Part shown: positions 9,515-22,280 of the stretch, piece after piece
Layout: each line of letters begins with the position of its first letter
Position numbering within the stretch: position 1 is the first letter of the stretch
Assembly: GCF_001194135.2 (NCBI RefSeq)
Contig: NC_068999.1
Span: forward strand, 11,460,197 to 11,496,905
Reading direction: 5' to 3'
Source of the DNA: Octopus bimaculoides
Taxonomy: Eukaryota
Length of the DNA stretch: 36,709 bases
The notes under the pieces: model-generated
Told to the model about the DNA's origin: nothing
Seen by the model: the letters and a program-made list of their open reading frames with translations, nothing else
Database searches by the model: none
Program-made: the position numbers and the translations under genes

Positions 9515-12365
9515 AAAAAAAAAAAAGGAAATGATGAGAGGGAGAGAGAGGCAGAGGCAGACATAGAGGAGGGGGAAGAGAGAGCGGAGAAAAGAGAATG
9601 AGAGTGGAGAAGGGTGACAGAGACACAGAGAGAGAGGAAGCACAAAGTGTTTAATTTGTAGAATGATAACACGATATACAGGCGACGATATAGAGATAAT
9701 GAGAGATTTAAAAAAATAGTTACTGACTGGAAAATTAAGATAGAGTAATGAGTGAGAATGGGTTAGAGACTAAAAGAGAATGACAACTCAGAACACAACC
9801 CCCTTCTCCTCACACACAGTTAACTATCTCCATGTAGATACGTACGAAAGAGCATTTTTTTTCCAAAGTTTGTATTTTGTTAATCGTTTAATCTACCAGA
9901 CCTTCATCTCTTTCGCATACATATATTTGTTTTTGTGTATGACTGTGTAGGGCATGCGTGTAAACATATAGTTACTCATAACTATATCTAATATACTGTA
10001 ACAAGAACCGTATTGAGAGCGGTTTCAATATTACTGACAGATAAGCTATCATTGGTCTATCCAACGATGACTTAGCTAACAGAATCCTCGAATTAATATC
10101 GATACTAATCTAGTTAAAGAAAAACAATTTTGTACTGCACCGAAATCAATGAATCCTCCATTCGCATTAAGTAAAAAAAAATCTATCACAGCGAAAGCAG
10201 TTCTTAACATTTATATTTTCCTACTTCTATTTCTCTATGTGTGTATATATGAATATATANNNNNNNNNNNNNNNNNNNNNNNNNNNNNNNNNNNNNNNNN
10301 NNNNNNNNNNNNNNNNNNNNNNNNNNNNNNNNNNNNNNNNNNNNNNNNNNNNNNNNNNNNNNNNNNNNNNNNNNNNNNNNNNNNNNNNNNNNNNNNNNNN
10401 NNNNNNNNNNNNNNNNNNNNNNNNNNNNNNNNNNNNNNNNNNNNNNNNNNNNNNNNNNNNNNNNNNNNNNNNNNNNNNNNNNNNNNNNNNNNNNNNNNNN
10501 NNNNNNNNNNNNNNNNNNNNNNNNNNNNNNNNNNNNNNNNNNNNNNNNNNNNNNNNNNNNNNNNNNNNNNNNNNNNNNNNNNNNNNNNNNNNNNNNNNNN
10601 NNNNNNNNNNNNNNNNNNNNNNNNNNNNNNNNNNNNNNNNNNNNNNNNNNNNNNNNNNNNNNNNNNNNNNNNNNNNNNNNNNNNNNNNNNNNNNNNNNNN
10701 NNNNNNNNNNNNNNNNNNNNNNNNNNNNNNNNNNNNNNNNNNNNNNNNNNNNNNNNNNNNNNNNNNNNNNNNNNNNNNNNNNNNNNNNNNNNNNNNNNNN
10801 NNNNNNNNNNNNNNNNNNNNNNNNNNNNNNNNNNNNNATATATATATATATACACAGGCTCGTGAATTTTATCCGCATTTTCTGTACCTTCTCTAACTCT
10901 TTTTTCAATCCCTCTTTCCCCTTTAACACCTCAAACTTCCATGTTTCCATCTATCTTTAATTCTTTCTTTTTTCGTCTTTCTTTCTTTCTTTCTTTTTTT
11001 CTTTATTTATTTCTTCCTTTTTTTTTTGTCTTTCTCACCCCCTCATACACTTTCAGTATATCCTTCATCCTTTATTTCTTAACTTTTTATTTTATTTTCC
11101 AACTTAACATCTCTTACACACGGAATCAACATTTTCCTTTTGATAGTTCTTCCTATATAGTTAAACCTGACTTAACGTTATTTCTGCAGGGCAACGGCAC
11201 TTTCATGTTAATATAATTGCTAACTTCTCCAAATTCTAGATGTCGAACTTCTTCAAATTGCTGCTGGAAAATAAGCGGGAATATAAATTACGATTCCACA
11301 AATATATATAATTTGCACACTGAACCTTCGTATCGGTCTGCAACATGCGTTTTCAATGCACGTATGAAGTATGTGCGCATATATANNNNNNNNNNNNNNN
11401 NNNNNNNNNNNNNNNNNNNNNNNNNNNNNNNNNNNNNNNNNNNNNNNNNNNNNNNNNNNNNNNNNNNNNNNNNNNNNNNNNNNNNNNNNNNNNNNNNNNN
11501 NNNNNNNNNNNNNNNNNNNNNNNNNNNNNNNNNNNNNNNNNNNNNNNNNNNNNNNNNNNNNNNNNNNNNNNNNNNNNNNNNNNNNNNNNNNNNNNNNNNN
11601 NNNNNNNNNNNNNNNNNNNNNNNNNNNNNNNNNNNNNNNNNNNNNNNNNNNNNNNNNNNNNNNNNNNNNNNNNNNNNNNNNNNNNNNNNNNNNNNNNNNN
11701 NNNNNNNNNNNNNNNNNNNNNNNNNNNNNNNNNNNNNNNNNNNNNNNNNNNNNNNNNNNNNNNNNNNNNNNNNNNNNNNNNNNNNNNNNNNNNNNNNNNN
11801 NNNNNNNNNNNNNNNNNNNNNNNNNNNNNNNNNNNNNNNNNNNNNNNNNNNNNNNNNNNNNNNNNNNNNNNNNNNNNNNNNNNNNNNNNNNNNNNNNNNN
11901 NNNNNNNNNNNNNNNNNNNNNNNNNNNNNNNNNNNNNNNNNNNNNNNNNNNNNNNNNNNNNNNNNNNNNNNNNNNNNNNNNNNNNNNNNNNNNNNNNNNN
12001 NNNNNNNNNNNNNNNNNNNNNNNNNNNNNNNNNNNNNNNNNNNNNNNNNNNNNNNNNNNNNNNNNNNNNNNNNNNNNNNNNNNNNNNNNNNNNNNNNNNN
12101 NNNNNNNNNNNNNNNNNNNNNNNNNNNNNNNNNNNNNNNNNNNNNNNNNNNNNNNNNNNNNNNNNNNNNNNNNNNNNNNNNNNNNNNNNNNNNNNNNNNN
12201 NNNNNNNNNNNNNNNNNNNNNNNNNNNNNNNNNNNNNNNNNNNNNNNNNNNNNNNNNNNNNNNNNNNNNNNNNNNNNNNNNNNNNNNNNNNNNNNNNNNN
12301 NNNNNNNNNNNNNNNNNNNNNNNNNNNNNNNNNNNNNNNNNNNNNNNNNNNNNNNNNNNNNNNNN

Positions 12366-12423
<58 letters not shown>

Positions 12424-12673
12424 GAGAGAGAGAGAGAGAAAGAGAGAGAGGAATATATAGATAGATAGACAGATAGCTCCATAGATACGTACATACATAC
12501 ATACATGCATACACACACATGTACGTTAATTCAAGTACATAACTATATGTCCGCCTATATAAGTGTATAAATTACTGTCTGGTAAGTGTGAATTTATATG
12601 TGCATATATGTATATATGTGCGGAGGTACCTCTGCGCGTGCATGTAGGTGTGCGTGTGTATGAGTGGCTGTGC

Positions 12674-12708
<35 letters not shown>

Positions 12709-12861
12709 GTGAGAAAAGAAATTGTTCTCTATGAAAGGCAATCGTTTATTCCTTGTTTCTGCAATGCTAATAAAAAAAATGGGCGATGCCGAAAACGTGC
12801 CCATTAAGTCGGGATGTGGTTTCGCTCCGACTTCAAAGCACGTGATTACTTTAAGGTGGTG

Positions 12862-12896
<35 letters not shown>

Positions 12897-14622
12897 GTGT
12901 GTGTGTTTGTGTGTCTATGTACGGGTGTATGTGCGTCTGTGCATGTATGTATTTATCTAACTATCTATCTAGCTGTCTCTCTCCCTCTTTCTCCCTCTCT
13001 CTCCCTCTACCTCTNNNNNNNNNNNNNNNNNNNNNNNNNNNNNNNNNNNNNNNNNNNNNNNNNNNNNNNNNNNNNNNNNNNNNNNNNNNNNNNNNNNNNN
13101 NNNNNNNNNNNNNNNNNNNNNNNNNNNNNNNNNNNNNNNNNNNNNNNNNNNNNNNNNNNNNNNNNNNNNNNNNNNNNNNNNNNNNNNNNNNNNNNNNNNN
13201 NNNNNNNNNNNNNNNNNNNNNNNNNNNNNNNNNNNNNNNNNNNNNNNNNNNNNNNNNNNNNNNNNNNNNNNNNNNNNNNNNNNNNNNNNNNNNNNNNNNN
13301 NNNNNNNNNNNNNNNNNNNNNNNNNNNNNNNNNNNNNNNNNNNNNNNNNNNNNNNNNNNNNNNNNNNNNNNNNNNNNNNNNNNNNNNNNNNNNNNNNNNN
13401 NNNNNNNNNNNNNNNNNNNNNNNNNNNNNNNNNNNNNNNNNNNNNNNNNNNNNNNNNNNNNNNNNNNNNNNNNNNNNNNNNNNNNNNNNNNNNNNNNNNN
13501 NNNNNNNNNNNNNNNNNNNNNNNNNNNNNNNNNNNNNNNNNNNNNNNNNNNNNNNNNNNNNNNNNNNNNNNNNNNNNNNNNNNNNNNNNNNNNNNNNNNN
13601 NNNNNNNNNNNNNNNNNNNNNNNNNNNNNNNNNNNNNNNNNNNNNNNNNNNNNNNNNNNNNNNNNNNNNNNNNNNNNNNNNNNNNNNNNNNNNNNNNNNN
13701 NNNNNNNNNNNNNNNNNNNNNNNNNNNNNNNNNNNNNNNNNNNNNNNNNNNNNNNNNNNNNNNNNNNNNNNNNNNNNNNNNNNNNNNNNNNNNNNNNNNN
13801 NNNNNNNNNNNNNNNNNNNNNNNNNNNTATATATATATATATATAACCGCGCAAATTCGGTTTTCTTATCGGCAACAAATACAAAAAAAGCCGATTCTCT
13901 TCCAGAAATTAGCCAAAGAGTCATTATGTGATATTTAATAATCTTTCTCATATATATATATTAATTTCCTCTTAACGCGTGTACAAATGATGTCGGCTCG
14001 GGTGGCTCGGAAGCTTTCGGCTTTCCTATTGAAACAGCTTCTCAACATCATTTTATAGATCATGATTTATAGCTTCATCTGCACACTTTGAGATATTCCC
14101 CCAAAGAATTATATATTATATATATGTTATACTGTGCGTGTGTGTGTTTTTAACGGTTTTGAGGAATGTGAGAAACGTTTGGCCCTTGTCTTTCCTTGGT
14201 CTCAGCAGACCCGGTGTAGTACTTCTTATAGGACTAATTATGGTTTAACTTGTATATGTGACGGCAGTGCATCTGAGCCCGTAGACGCAGAAATTACGTC
14301 AGTGGTTGTCACAGCTGGCAGGGAACTCAACGGTGGTGCGCGCTCCCTAGGTATTCTCACAGCATCCATCTAGGAGAACGGTGTGCTATGGCACAAAAAC
14401 TGCAACTTCGCAAGACTGCAGTTCATTTCCCTTCAGCCAGTAACTAGTAACGAATCAGTGAGACTTATAGAGTGGATTATATGTTATAGAAGCGTTTATT
14501 AATATATTCAAGTGCCGTAAAGATGACACTTTATACACATATTATTCGACATTCAATGAGCAGAAACTCATAATTACACTAAAACACGAAGATCTGGAAG
14601 AGAGATGAATAATATCCTGAGT

Positions 14623-14665
<43 letters not shown>

Positions 14666-15227
14666 NNNNNNNNNNNNNNNNNNNNNNNNNNNNNNNNNNN
14701 NNNNNNNNNNNNNNNNNNNNNNNNNNNNNNNNNNNNNNNNNNNNNNNNNNNNNNNNNNNNNNNNNNNNNNNNNNNNNNNNNNNNNNNNNNNNNNNNNNNN
14801 NNNNNNNNNNNNNNNNNNNNNNNNNNNNNNNNNNNNNNNNNNNNNNNNNNNNNNNNNNNNNNNNNNNNNNNNNNNNNNNNNNNNNNNNNNNNNNNNNNNN
14901 NNNNNNNNNNNNNNNNNNNNNNNNNNNNNNNNNNNNNNNNNNNNNNNNNNNNNNNNNNNNNNNNNNNNNNNNNNNNNNNNNNNNNNNNNNNNNNNNNNNN
15001 NNNNNNNNNNNNNNNNNNNNNNNNNNNNNNNNNNNNNNNNNNNNNNNNNNNNNNNNNNNNNNNNNNNNNNNNNNNNNNNNNNNNNNNNNNNNNNNNNNNN
15101 NNNNNNNNNNNNNNNNNNNNNNNNNNNNNNNNNNNNNNNNNNNNNNNNNNNNNNNNNNNNNNNNNNNNNNNNNNNNNNNNNNNNNNNNNNNNNNNNNNNN
15201 NNNNNNNNNNNNNNNNNNNNNNNNNNN

Positions 15228-15265
<38 letters not shown>

Positions 15266-15979
15266 TGAGCGTGCGTGTGTGTATGTGTGCGCGTGTACAC
15301 ACGCATATAAATAAATGTGCGTGTGTGTGTGTGTGTTTGCTTACGTGTATGTGTGAATGTGAGTAAATATGTATGGATATATGTATGTGTGCGTACATGT
15401 GTAATGTAAGCGAAGTAGTATGTCTGTGTGAGATGCTATGGAAACCGGTAGACTTAATCGTTACATTTTAATTAACATAATGCACTGCTTCATTTTCTCT
15501 ATTCAGAAAAGAGATAATTAAAAAAAAAAACCCTGCTTGAAAGTAAAGAGGGTAAAATAGTTCAAATTGTAATGTCAACTCGGGAGTCAAATGAAATGTA
15601 CCCTAAACAATGACACCGGATACGCCGGCACATCTTCGTGAACGGGTGTATTTGAAACAAGATGGCGAAAATTATAATTTAATAACGCATTAGGAAATGG
15701 AGACTACGCATAGAGCGAATTATGCCGTACTCTAGACACACGTATGAGTGTGTGTGTGTGTGTATGCGTGTGTGCACGTGTGTGTGTGTATACATGCGTA
15801 CATTCATACATGCACACAGCCGCGCATACACTGAAAAATGACAGATAAAACGCATGCACACCTAAAATTGTTCATGACATTTGATGAGTTAGAGGAGGAT
15901 TGCTTTTAGGAAAATTTGCCTAAAAATTATTACTCCTGCTGGTGTAACTAGAATTGCTACAGCTACTAAATATTACGAC

Positions 15980-16215
15980 TGCTGCTGCTCTTCTTCTTCT
16001 TCTTCTTCTTCTTCTTCTTCTTCTTCTTCTTCTTCTTCTTCTTCTTCTTCTTCTTCTTCTTCTTCTTCTTCTTCTTCTCCTCCTCCTCCTACTACTACTA
16101 CTACTACTACCACTACCACTACTACTACTACTGCTGATGATGATGACGATTATGATGATGATGGTGATGATGATGATGATACTACTACTACTACTACTAC
16201 TATAATGATAATGAT
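15980..16215. repeat. Compound (CTG)-(CTT)n-(CCT)n-(CTA)n-(GAT)n-(CTA)n
   Basis: Read directly; about 30 pure CTT units at ~15988-16078. Confidence 0.95.
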
Positions 16216-16314
16216 AATAATAATAGCAACAAAGACAGTAACAAAAGGAAAATATTAGGAAGAAGATGACAACGATGACAACGCCGAAGAAAAATGATGA
16301 CAACGACAACGCAA

Positions 16315-16335
16315 GTAGAAGAAGAAGAAGAAGAA

Positions 16336-16366
<31 letters not shown>

Positions 16367-16741
16367 GAGAAGAAGAAGAAGATGAAAAAAAGAAGAAGAA
16401 GGAGAAGAAGAAGAAGAAGAAGAAGAAGAAGAAGAAGAAGATGAAAAAAAGAAGAAGAAGAAGAAGAAGAAGAAGAAGATGAAAAAAAGAAGATGAAAAA
16501 AGAAGATGAAAAAAAAGAAGAAGAAGAAGAAGAAGAAGAAGAAGAAGAAGAAGAAGAAGATGAAAAAAAAGAAGATGATGAAAAAAAAGAAGAAGAAGAA
16601 GAAGAAGAAGATGAAAAAGAAGAAGAAGAAGAAGAAGAAGATGAAAAAAAGAAGATGAAAAAAAAGAAGAAGAAGAGGAAGAAGAAGAAGATGAAAAAAA
16701 GAAGAAGATGGAAAAAAAAAGAAGAAGAAAAAAAAGAAGAA

Positions 16742-16773
<32 letters not shown>

Positions 16774-16835
16774 GAAGAAGAAGAAGAAGAAGAAAAGAAA
16801 AAGAAGACGATGAAGAAAAGAAGAAGAAGAAGAAG
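16315..16835. repeat. ~520-bp polypurine (GAA)n tract with a recurring GATGAAAAAAA variant
   Basis: Read directly. Confidence 0.95.
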
Positions 16836-17116
16836 TAGTGGGCGGCATTTTTCATATATTTGCTCATATTTCTGTTATTTCGAAATACTATTTAATTTCT
16901 GTCTATCATAGCAGGAAGTAGATTATTCCACGATTTCGTCTTTGTAATTTAAATAATTTTTTTTTTACTTTATTTGTTTTAAGGATTAGGGACAACGGCA
17001 AAGAAAAATTAATTGCAATATCATATATTTTATAAAGAATAACATAACAAAAAAATCAAAACAGGAAGAGAAGAATGAGTTATAAAATATAATGCATACA
17101 TAAATATAGCATTAAT

Positions 17117-17117
<1 letters not shown>

Positions 17118-17184
<67 letters not shown>

Positions 17185-17249
17185 GAAGAAGAAGAAGAAA
17201 AAGAAGAAGAATGATAACAATAATAAGAATAATAATTATTGTTGTTTTG

Positions 17250-17293
<44 letters not shown>
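17118..17293. repeat. (AAT)n-(GAA)n-spacer-(ATT)n ending at a gap
   Basis: Read directly. Confidence 0.93.
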
Positions 17294-18028
17294 NNNNNNN
17301 NNNNNNNNNNNNNNNNNNNNNNNNNNNNNNNNNNNNNNNNNNNNNNNNNNNNNNNNNNNNNNNNNNNNNNNNNNNNNNNNNNNNNNNNNNNNNNNNNNNN
17401 NNNNNNNNNNNNNNNNNNNNNNNNNNNNNNNNNNNNNNNNNNNNNNNNNNNNNNNNNNNNNNNNNNNNNNNNNNNNNNNNNNNNNNNNNNNNNNNNNNNN
17501 NNNNNNNNNNNNNNNNNNNNNNNNNNNNNNNNNNNNNNNNNNNNNNNNNNNNNNNNNNNNNNNNNNNNNNNNNNNNNNNNNNNNNNNNNNNNNNNNNNNN
17601 NNNNNNNNNNNNNNNNNNNNNNNNNNNNNNNNNNNNNNNNNNNNNNNNNNNNNNNNNNNNNNNNNNNNNNNNNNNNNNNNNNNNNNNNNNNNNNNNNNNN
17701 NNNNNNNNNNNNNNNNNNNNNNNNNNNNNNNNNNNNNNNNNNNNNNNNNNNNNNNNNNNNNNNNNNNNNNNNNNNNNNNNNNNNNNNNNNNNNNNNNNNN
17801 NNNNNNNNNNNNNNNNNNNNNNNNNNNNNNNNNNNNNNNNNNNNNNNNNNNNNNNNNNNNNNNNNNNNNNNNNNNNNNNNNNNNNNNNNNNNNNNNNNNN
17901 NNNNNNNNNNNNNNNNNNNNNNNNNNNNNNNNNNNNNNNNNNNNNNNNNNNNNNNNNNNNNNNNNNNNNNNNNNNNNNNNNNNNNNNNNNNNNNNNNNNN
18001 NNNNNNNNNNNNNNNNNNNNNNNNNNNN

Positions 18029-18064
<36 letters not shown>

Positions 18065-18619
18065 TAAAATATTTGCGAAACGTGAAAATCGTAGTATAAA
18101 AAAGTTTATACTTCCCTACTCCGAGTGAAACCTAGTCATTTTATATCTCGCAAGAGAAAAACTATGTAAATTTTGCAACTCAATGGTAGCCAATGATGTT
18201 CATTTTGTGGTAACTGTTATCGTTGTTCAGGGGCTTGTTGTGTTCAAGTCCTCTCGTGACTAATCAAAGCGTTATTCCTAGGCATCGCTTGACGTTCTAG
18301 CAACGTCATCTCATACTCGAGCGCGACGAAACGGCCATCATGTATATATGTATGTGTGTATGGATATACGTATGCAATTCATTTTCTTTTCTTTATTTAA
18401 GTTCTTCTGAACAAGGAGCTGGGTCCTAACAAAGATACACTGCTCCATCGCTGGAATTTACATAACGGAAACAATGTCACATTTTAATCCTGAGAAATTT
18501 CTTTCAGTCATACTCTTCCGCTTACAGTTTCTGTATTGTCCGTTAACTGATTTGTTGCCAGTTTGGTGATTTCATTTTCTTAAAATCCAAGTGTATCTAG
18601 ACTTACAATTAGGCATTTA

Positions 18620-19022
<403 letters not shown>

Positions 19023-19084
19023 TTTTTTAGCCAAAAATACCATTTCAGCATTAAAAATATTTACCGGACATAATTTGTAAGACA

Positions 19085-19435
19085 AGCAAAACCATCATCG
19101 TCATCATCATCATTCTTCGTAATTATAATAATTGTGGTAATGATTTAATTAGTTTGTAGTAGCATTATGATATTCATAATCATGATTATCATAATTATCG
19201 TCATCGTCAATGTCAGTGTCGTCATGACCATTGCCGTCATCGAATACATCTTGCTGAGAATCGTCAGCAGAAATATCACAATTTTCATTAGAGTAATGGA
19301 TGGCGATAAGATTGTTACAATCATTATAGTCGCCGTCATTGTCACCATCATCATTACTATTGGCATCAACAATGACGACAGCTGTAGCTGTACTCTGTCC
19401 CCCCTCACCCTACGCCATTGTGGCAAATAAATGAA

Positions 19436-19487
<52 letters not shown>

Positions 19488-19736
19488 TTATTATCATCAT
19501 TATTATTGTTATTATTATTGTTATTATTATTATTATCATCATCATCATCATCAACATCATCATTGTTATCATCATTATCAGCATCATCATCATCGTTGTT
19601 GTTATTATTATTATTATTATTATTGGTCTTTTCTCATGTTTATCATTTTTGTAAAGATGAATATTTTGATGATCATAATTAACGTTAAAATTTTCACGAT
19701 CATGGAGAATAACAACACTACTAATAGTAATATTAA

Positions 19737-19798
<62 letters not shown>

Positions 19799-20101
19799 GT
19801 TATTATTATTATTATTATTATTATTTCAACAACAACAACAACAACAACAGTAGTTGCCGCCAATAGAATCGTTTCAATCTTCTTTCATTATTGTACCCAT
19901 TTACCCAAGTAAAACATGTTGTTTCCATTATCGTTATTAATTATGCCAATATTTTTTTCTTGAACTACCAAAAGTTGTCTACCTGATACTTTTTTCTTTC
20001 TTGTAAATTTTTATTTAGCATATCTTACGCTTATTTTCCTTTGTTACTCTTCGTCTTATTATTTTTATTATCCTCAACATCCCGAATTCTCCAGCACCTA
20101 C

Positions 20102-20143
<42 letters not shown>

Positions 20144-20145
20144 CT
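19085..20145. repeat. Triplet-rich low-complexity region with (CTA)n, (ATT)n, (CAT)n and (CAA)n blocks
   Basis: Read directly; pure blocks at ~19436-19486, 19735-19825, 19827-19850 and 20102-20143. Confidence 0.88.
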
Positions 20146-20481
20146 ATCGATGCTGTTAATATATTAAGGTGTAAGCGATCAGAACCGGTAGGGAAACGGG
20201 GCAAATATAGCTTCCTTTAAAATAATAACGTGTTTTGATGTCATATCCTCTCGTCAGAGAAGACTCTGACATTCATACTTCCGGTGTCGACATAATATGT
20301 TGCAGTCACGTGCTGCAGTTCAGTTAATGAACATTTAAGATTCCCTAAATACGTGGACCCTCCACGCTCTCCCTATGAGAGCAAATGCCTTTTAATCTAT
20401 GCTAAAATTACAGGAAAATATGGCTGGGATTATTTGATTTAATAACTTTGCATTCTCAATTCAAACTCTAGTTGTGCAGGT

Positions 20482-20530
20482 TCTATCTCGGGCCCTTTGC
20501 CGAAACACAATGTCACTAGGACATAAGCGA
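20482..20530 (-). mobile_element. Degenerate fragment of the family B SINE tail
   Basis: ttctatctcgggccctttgccgaaacacaatgtcactaggacataagc resembles the reverse complement of 'tgtccctgtaacttagcgcttcgtgaaaagagaacgatagaa' (28327-28368). Confidence 0.45.
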
Positions 20531-20581
20531 TTTTGCCGCCTCACCGTCTTACAACTGACGTAATATTCCTTTCAACTTAAG

Positions 20582-20762
20582 TCACAAAGCGTGTAATTTG
20601 GTAGGAGGGGACTATTCAATTACATCGACCCCAGTACTTCGCTAGCACTTTATTTATTGCACCCAAAAGGATGAAAGATAAAGTGGCGGAATTTGAACTC
20701 AGAACGTAAAGACGGACGAAATGCCGCTAAGCACGCCATCTGGCGTGCTAACGATTCTGCCT
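20582..20762 (-). mobile_element. Family A SINE, tail type 1, moderately diverged
   Basis: atcgaccccagtac...aaaggatgaaagataaagtggcggaatttgaactcagaacgtaaagacggacgaaatgccgctaagca...ggcgtgctaacgattctgcc is clearly homologous to 253-459. Confidence 0.85.
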
Positions 20763-21277
20763 TACAAGAGATATAATAATGCAAACTAAAAGCAGAGGAT
20801 GAATTCTAAAATTCCAAATGTTTCTATGTAGATAACAATCAGATTATGGTTAACGTGCTATAAAAGTGGAAGGAAACAGAATAGCTTCATCATATAGTAG
20901 TTTTTATTATTTGTATTAATAATACACATATATGGGGAGTTAGCTGCTAATAATCTAATATGTAAGGAAACAATGTCAAATATGAATTTAACATAGCTTG
21001 TAGAAAATTCAGTTAGTGCAACTCAACATACATCTTCTTCATTTTTAATTATTTATGTTTTGAAAGACAATATATTTACACTTATAATTCGATATGGAAC
21101 TAAATCACATTGTAGACGCTTTATGAAAACGGAAAAAGCTATAATTGAAGCAAGCTTAATGCCCTTCCTTGCAAAAATTTACATACGTTAGTCATGTATT
21201 AGACTTTTCAAAATAAGGAAAATATCTTAACTGGACATCAGACACCGAAAGAGGACGTATTCAATCTAATATGTAAA

Positions 21278-21389
21278 TTTATTACTTTAGTGCCCACAGG
21301 GGGCTAAACATAGAGGGGACAGACAAGGACAGACAAAGGGATTAAGTCGATTATATCGACCCCAGTGCGTAATATTACTTATTTAATCG
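21278..21389 (-). mobile_element. 5'-truncated family A SINE (3' part only), tail type 2
   Basis: It is the reverse complement of 21528-21640, at roughly 85-90% identity by eye over ~110 bp. Confidence 0.88.
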
Positions 21390-21409
21390 GTAGAAATTAT
21401 AATACCAAA

Positions 21410-21644
21410 CGGCGAGCTGGCAGAAACGTTAGCACACCGGGCGAAATGATTAGCGATATTTCGTCTGCTGTTACGTTCTGAGTTCAAATTCCGCCGAGGT
21501 CGATTTTGACTTTCATCCTTTCAGGGTCGATTAAATAAGTACCAGTTACGCACTGGGGTCGATATAATGGACTTAATCCGTTTGTCTGTCCTTGTTTTTT
21601 CCCCTCTGTGTGTAGCCCTTTGTGGGCAGTAAAGAAATAAGAAA
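21410..21644 (+). mobile_element. Family A SINE, full length, tail type 2, with an imperfect target-site duplication
   Basis: A-box-like TGGCAGAAACG at 21418; B box GAGTTCAAATTCC at 21480-21492; core; tail ending gtaaagaaataagaaa. It is flanked by agaaattataatacca (21392-21407) and agaaattacgatatca (21640-21655), a 13/16 match. Confidence 0.92.
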
Positions 21645-22139
21645 TTACGATATCACTTACTACTTACTGGAGTTCACTATATTGCAAGTATTCAAGCAGT
21701 GTCCGAGTTCGAGCCAACCTTTCTTCCAATTAGCTATTCTACTCGTATCTGAGAACTTGTGAAGGTCTATGAGCAATGCCACCCCGGCTGAGTCCATGCG
21801 TCTATGGATAAATGTATACTTCAACCGTGCATATCGGGAAATGATATATTTCTCCTTTAATTATACCCTACTATGATACACTTCGAATATGTCACTTGCA
21901 ACATTGCTTAGCAACGTTGAAAAGATGCCTCCTTAATTTGATTACCGGAAATGATGACGACATGTGGCGGTCATGTTCGAAACCTGTAACCAAGACCTTC
22001 TTCGCTTCTGTAAGGAACCAACGAAAGCTGCATGGCGCCCGAATCGAACTTTTTGATATAATAATATATGTAACTTCTACGGAACGTATTGAGTGGCTTC
22101 TTATTTTGTTTGCACACTCACCCGTATATGTACATATGA

Positions 22140-22152
22140 ACGTTTGTATGTA

Positions 22153-22204
<52 letters not shown>

Positions 22205-22249
22205 CATCTTTCTATCTATCTATTTATCTTGCTATACATATATATATAC

Positions 22250-22280
<31 letters not shown>

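Noticed and set aside
14134-14460. GC-richer block with a 79-aa ORF
   Set aside because: No recognisable protein or element; it may be an unclassified repeat fragment.
9432-18454. Exact 12-mer inverted match ccagcgatggag (9432) / ctccatcgctgg (18443)
   Set aside because: Many 12-mer matches are expected by chance within 36 kb, and this one does not extend.
21410-21495. A/B-box-containing heads considered as tRNA genes (also at 27700)
   Set aside because: The box spacing and downstream body are those of SINEs; there is no cloverleaf or acceptor stem and no terminator right after the head.
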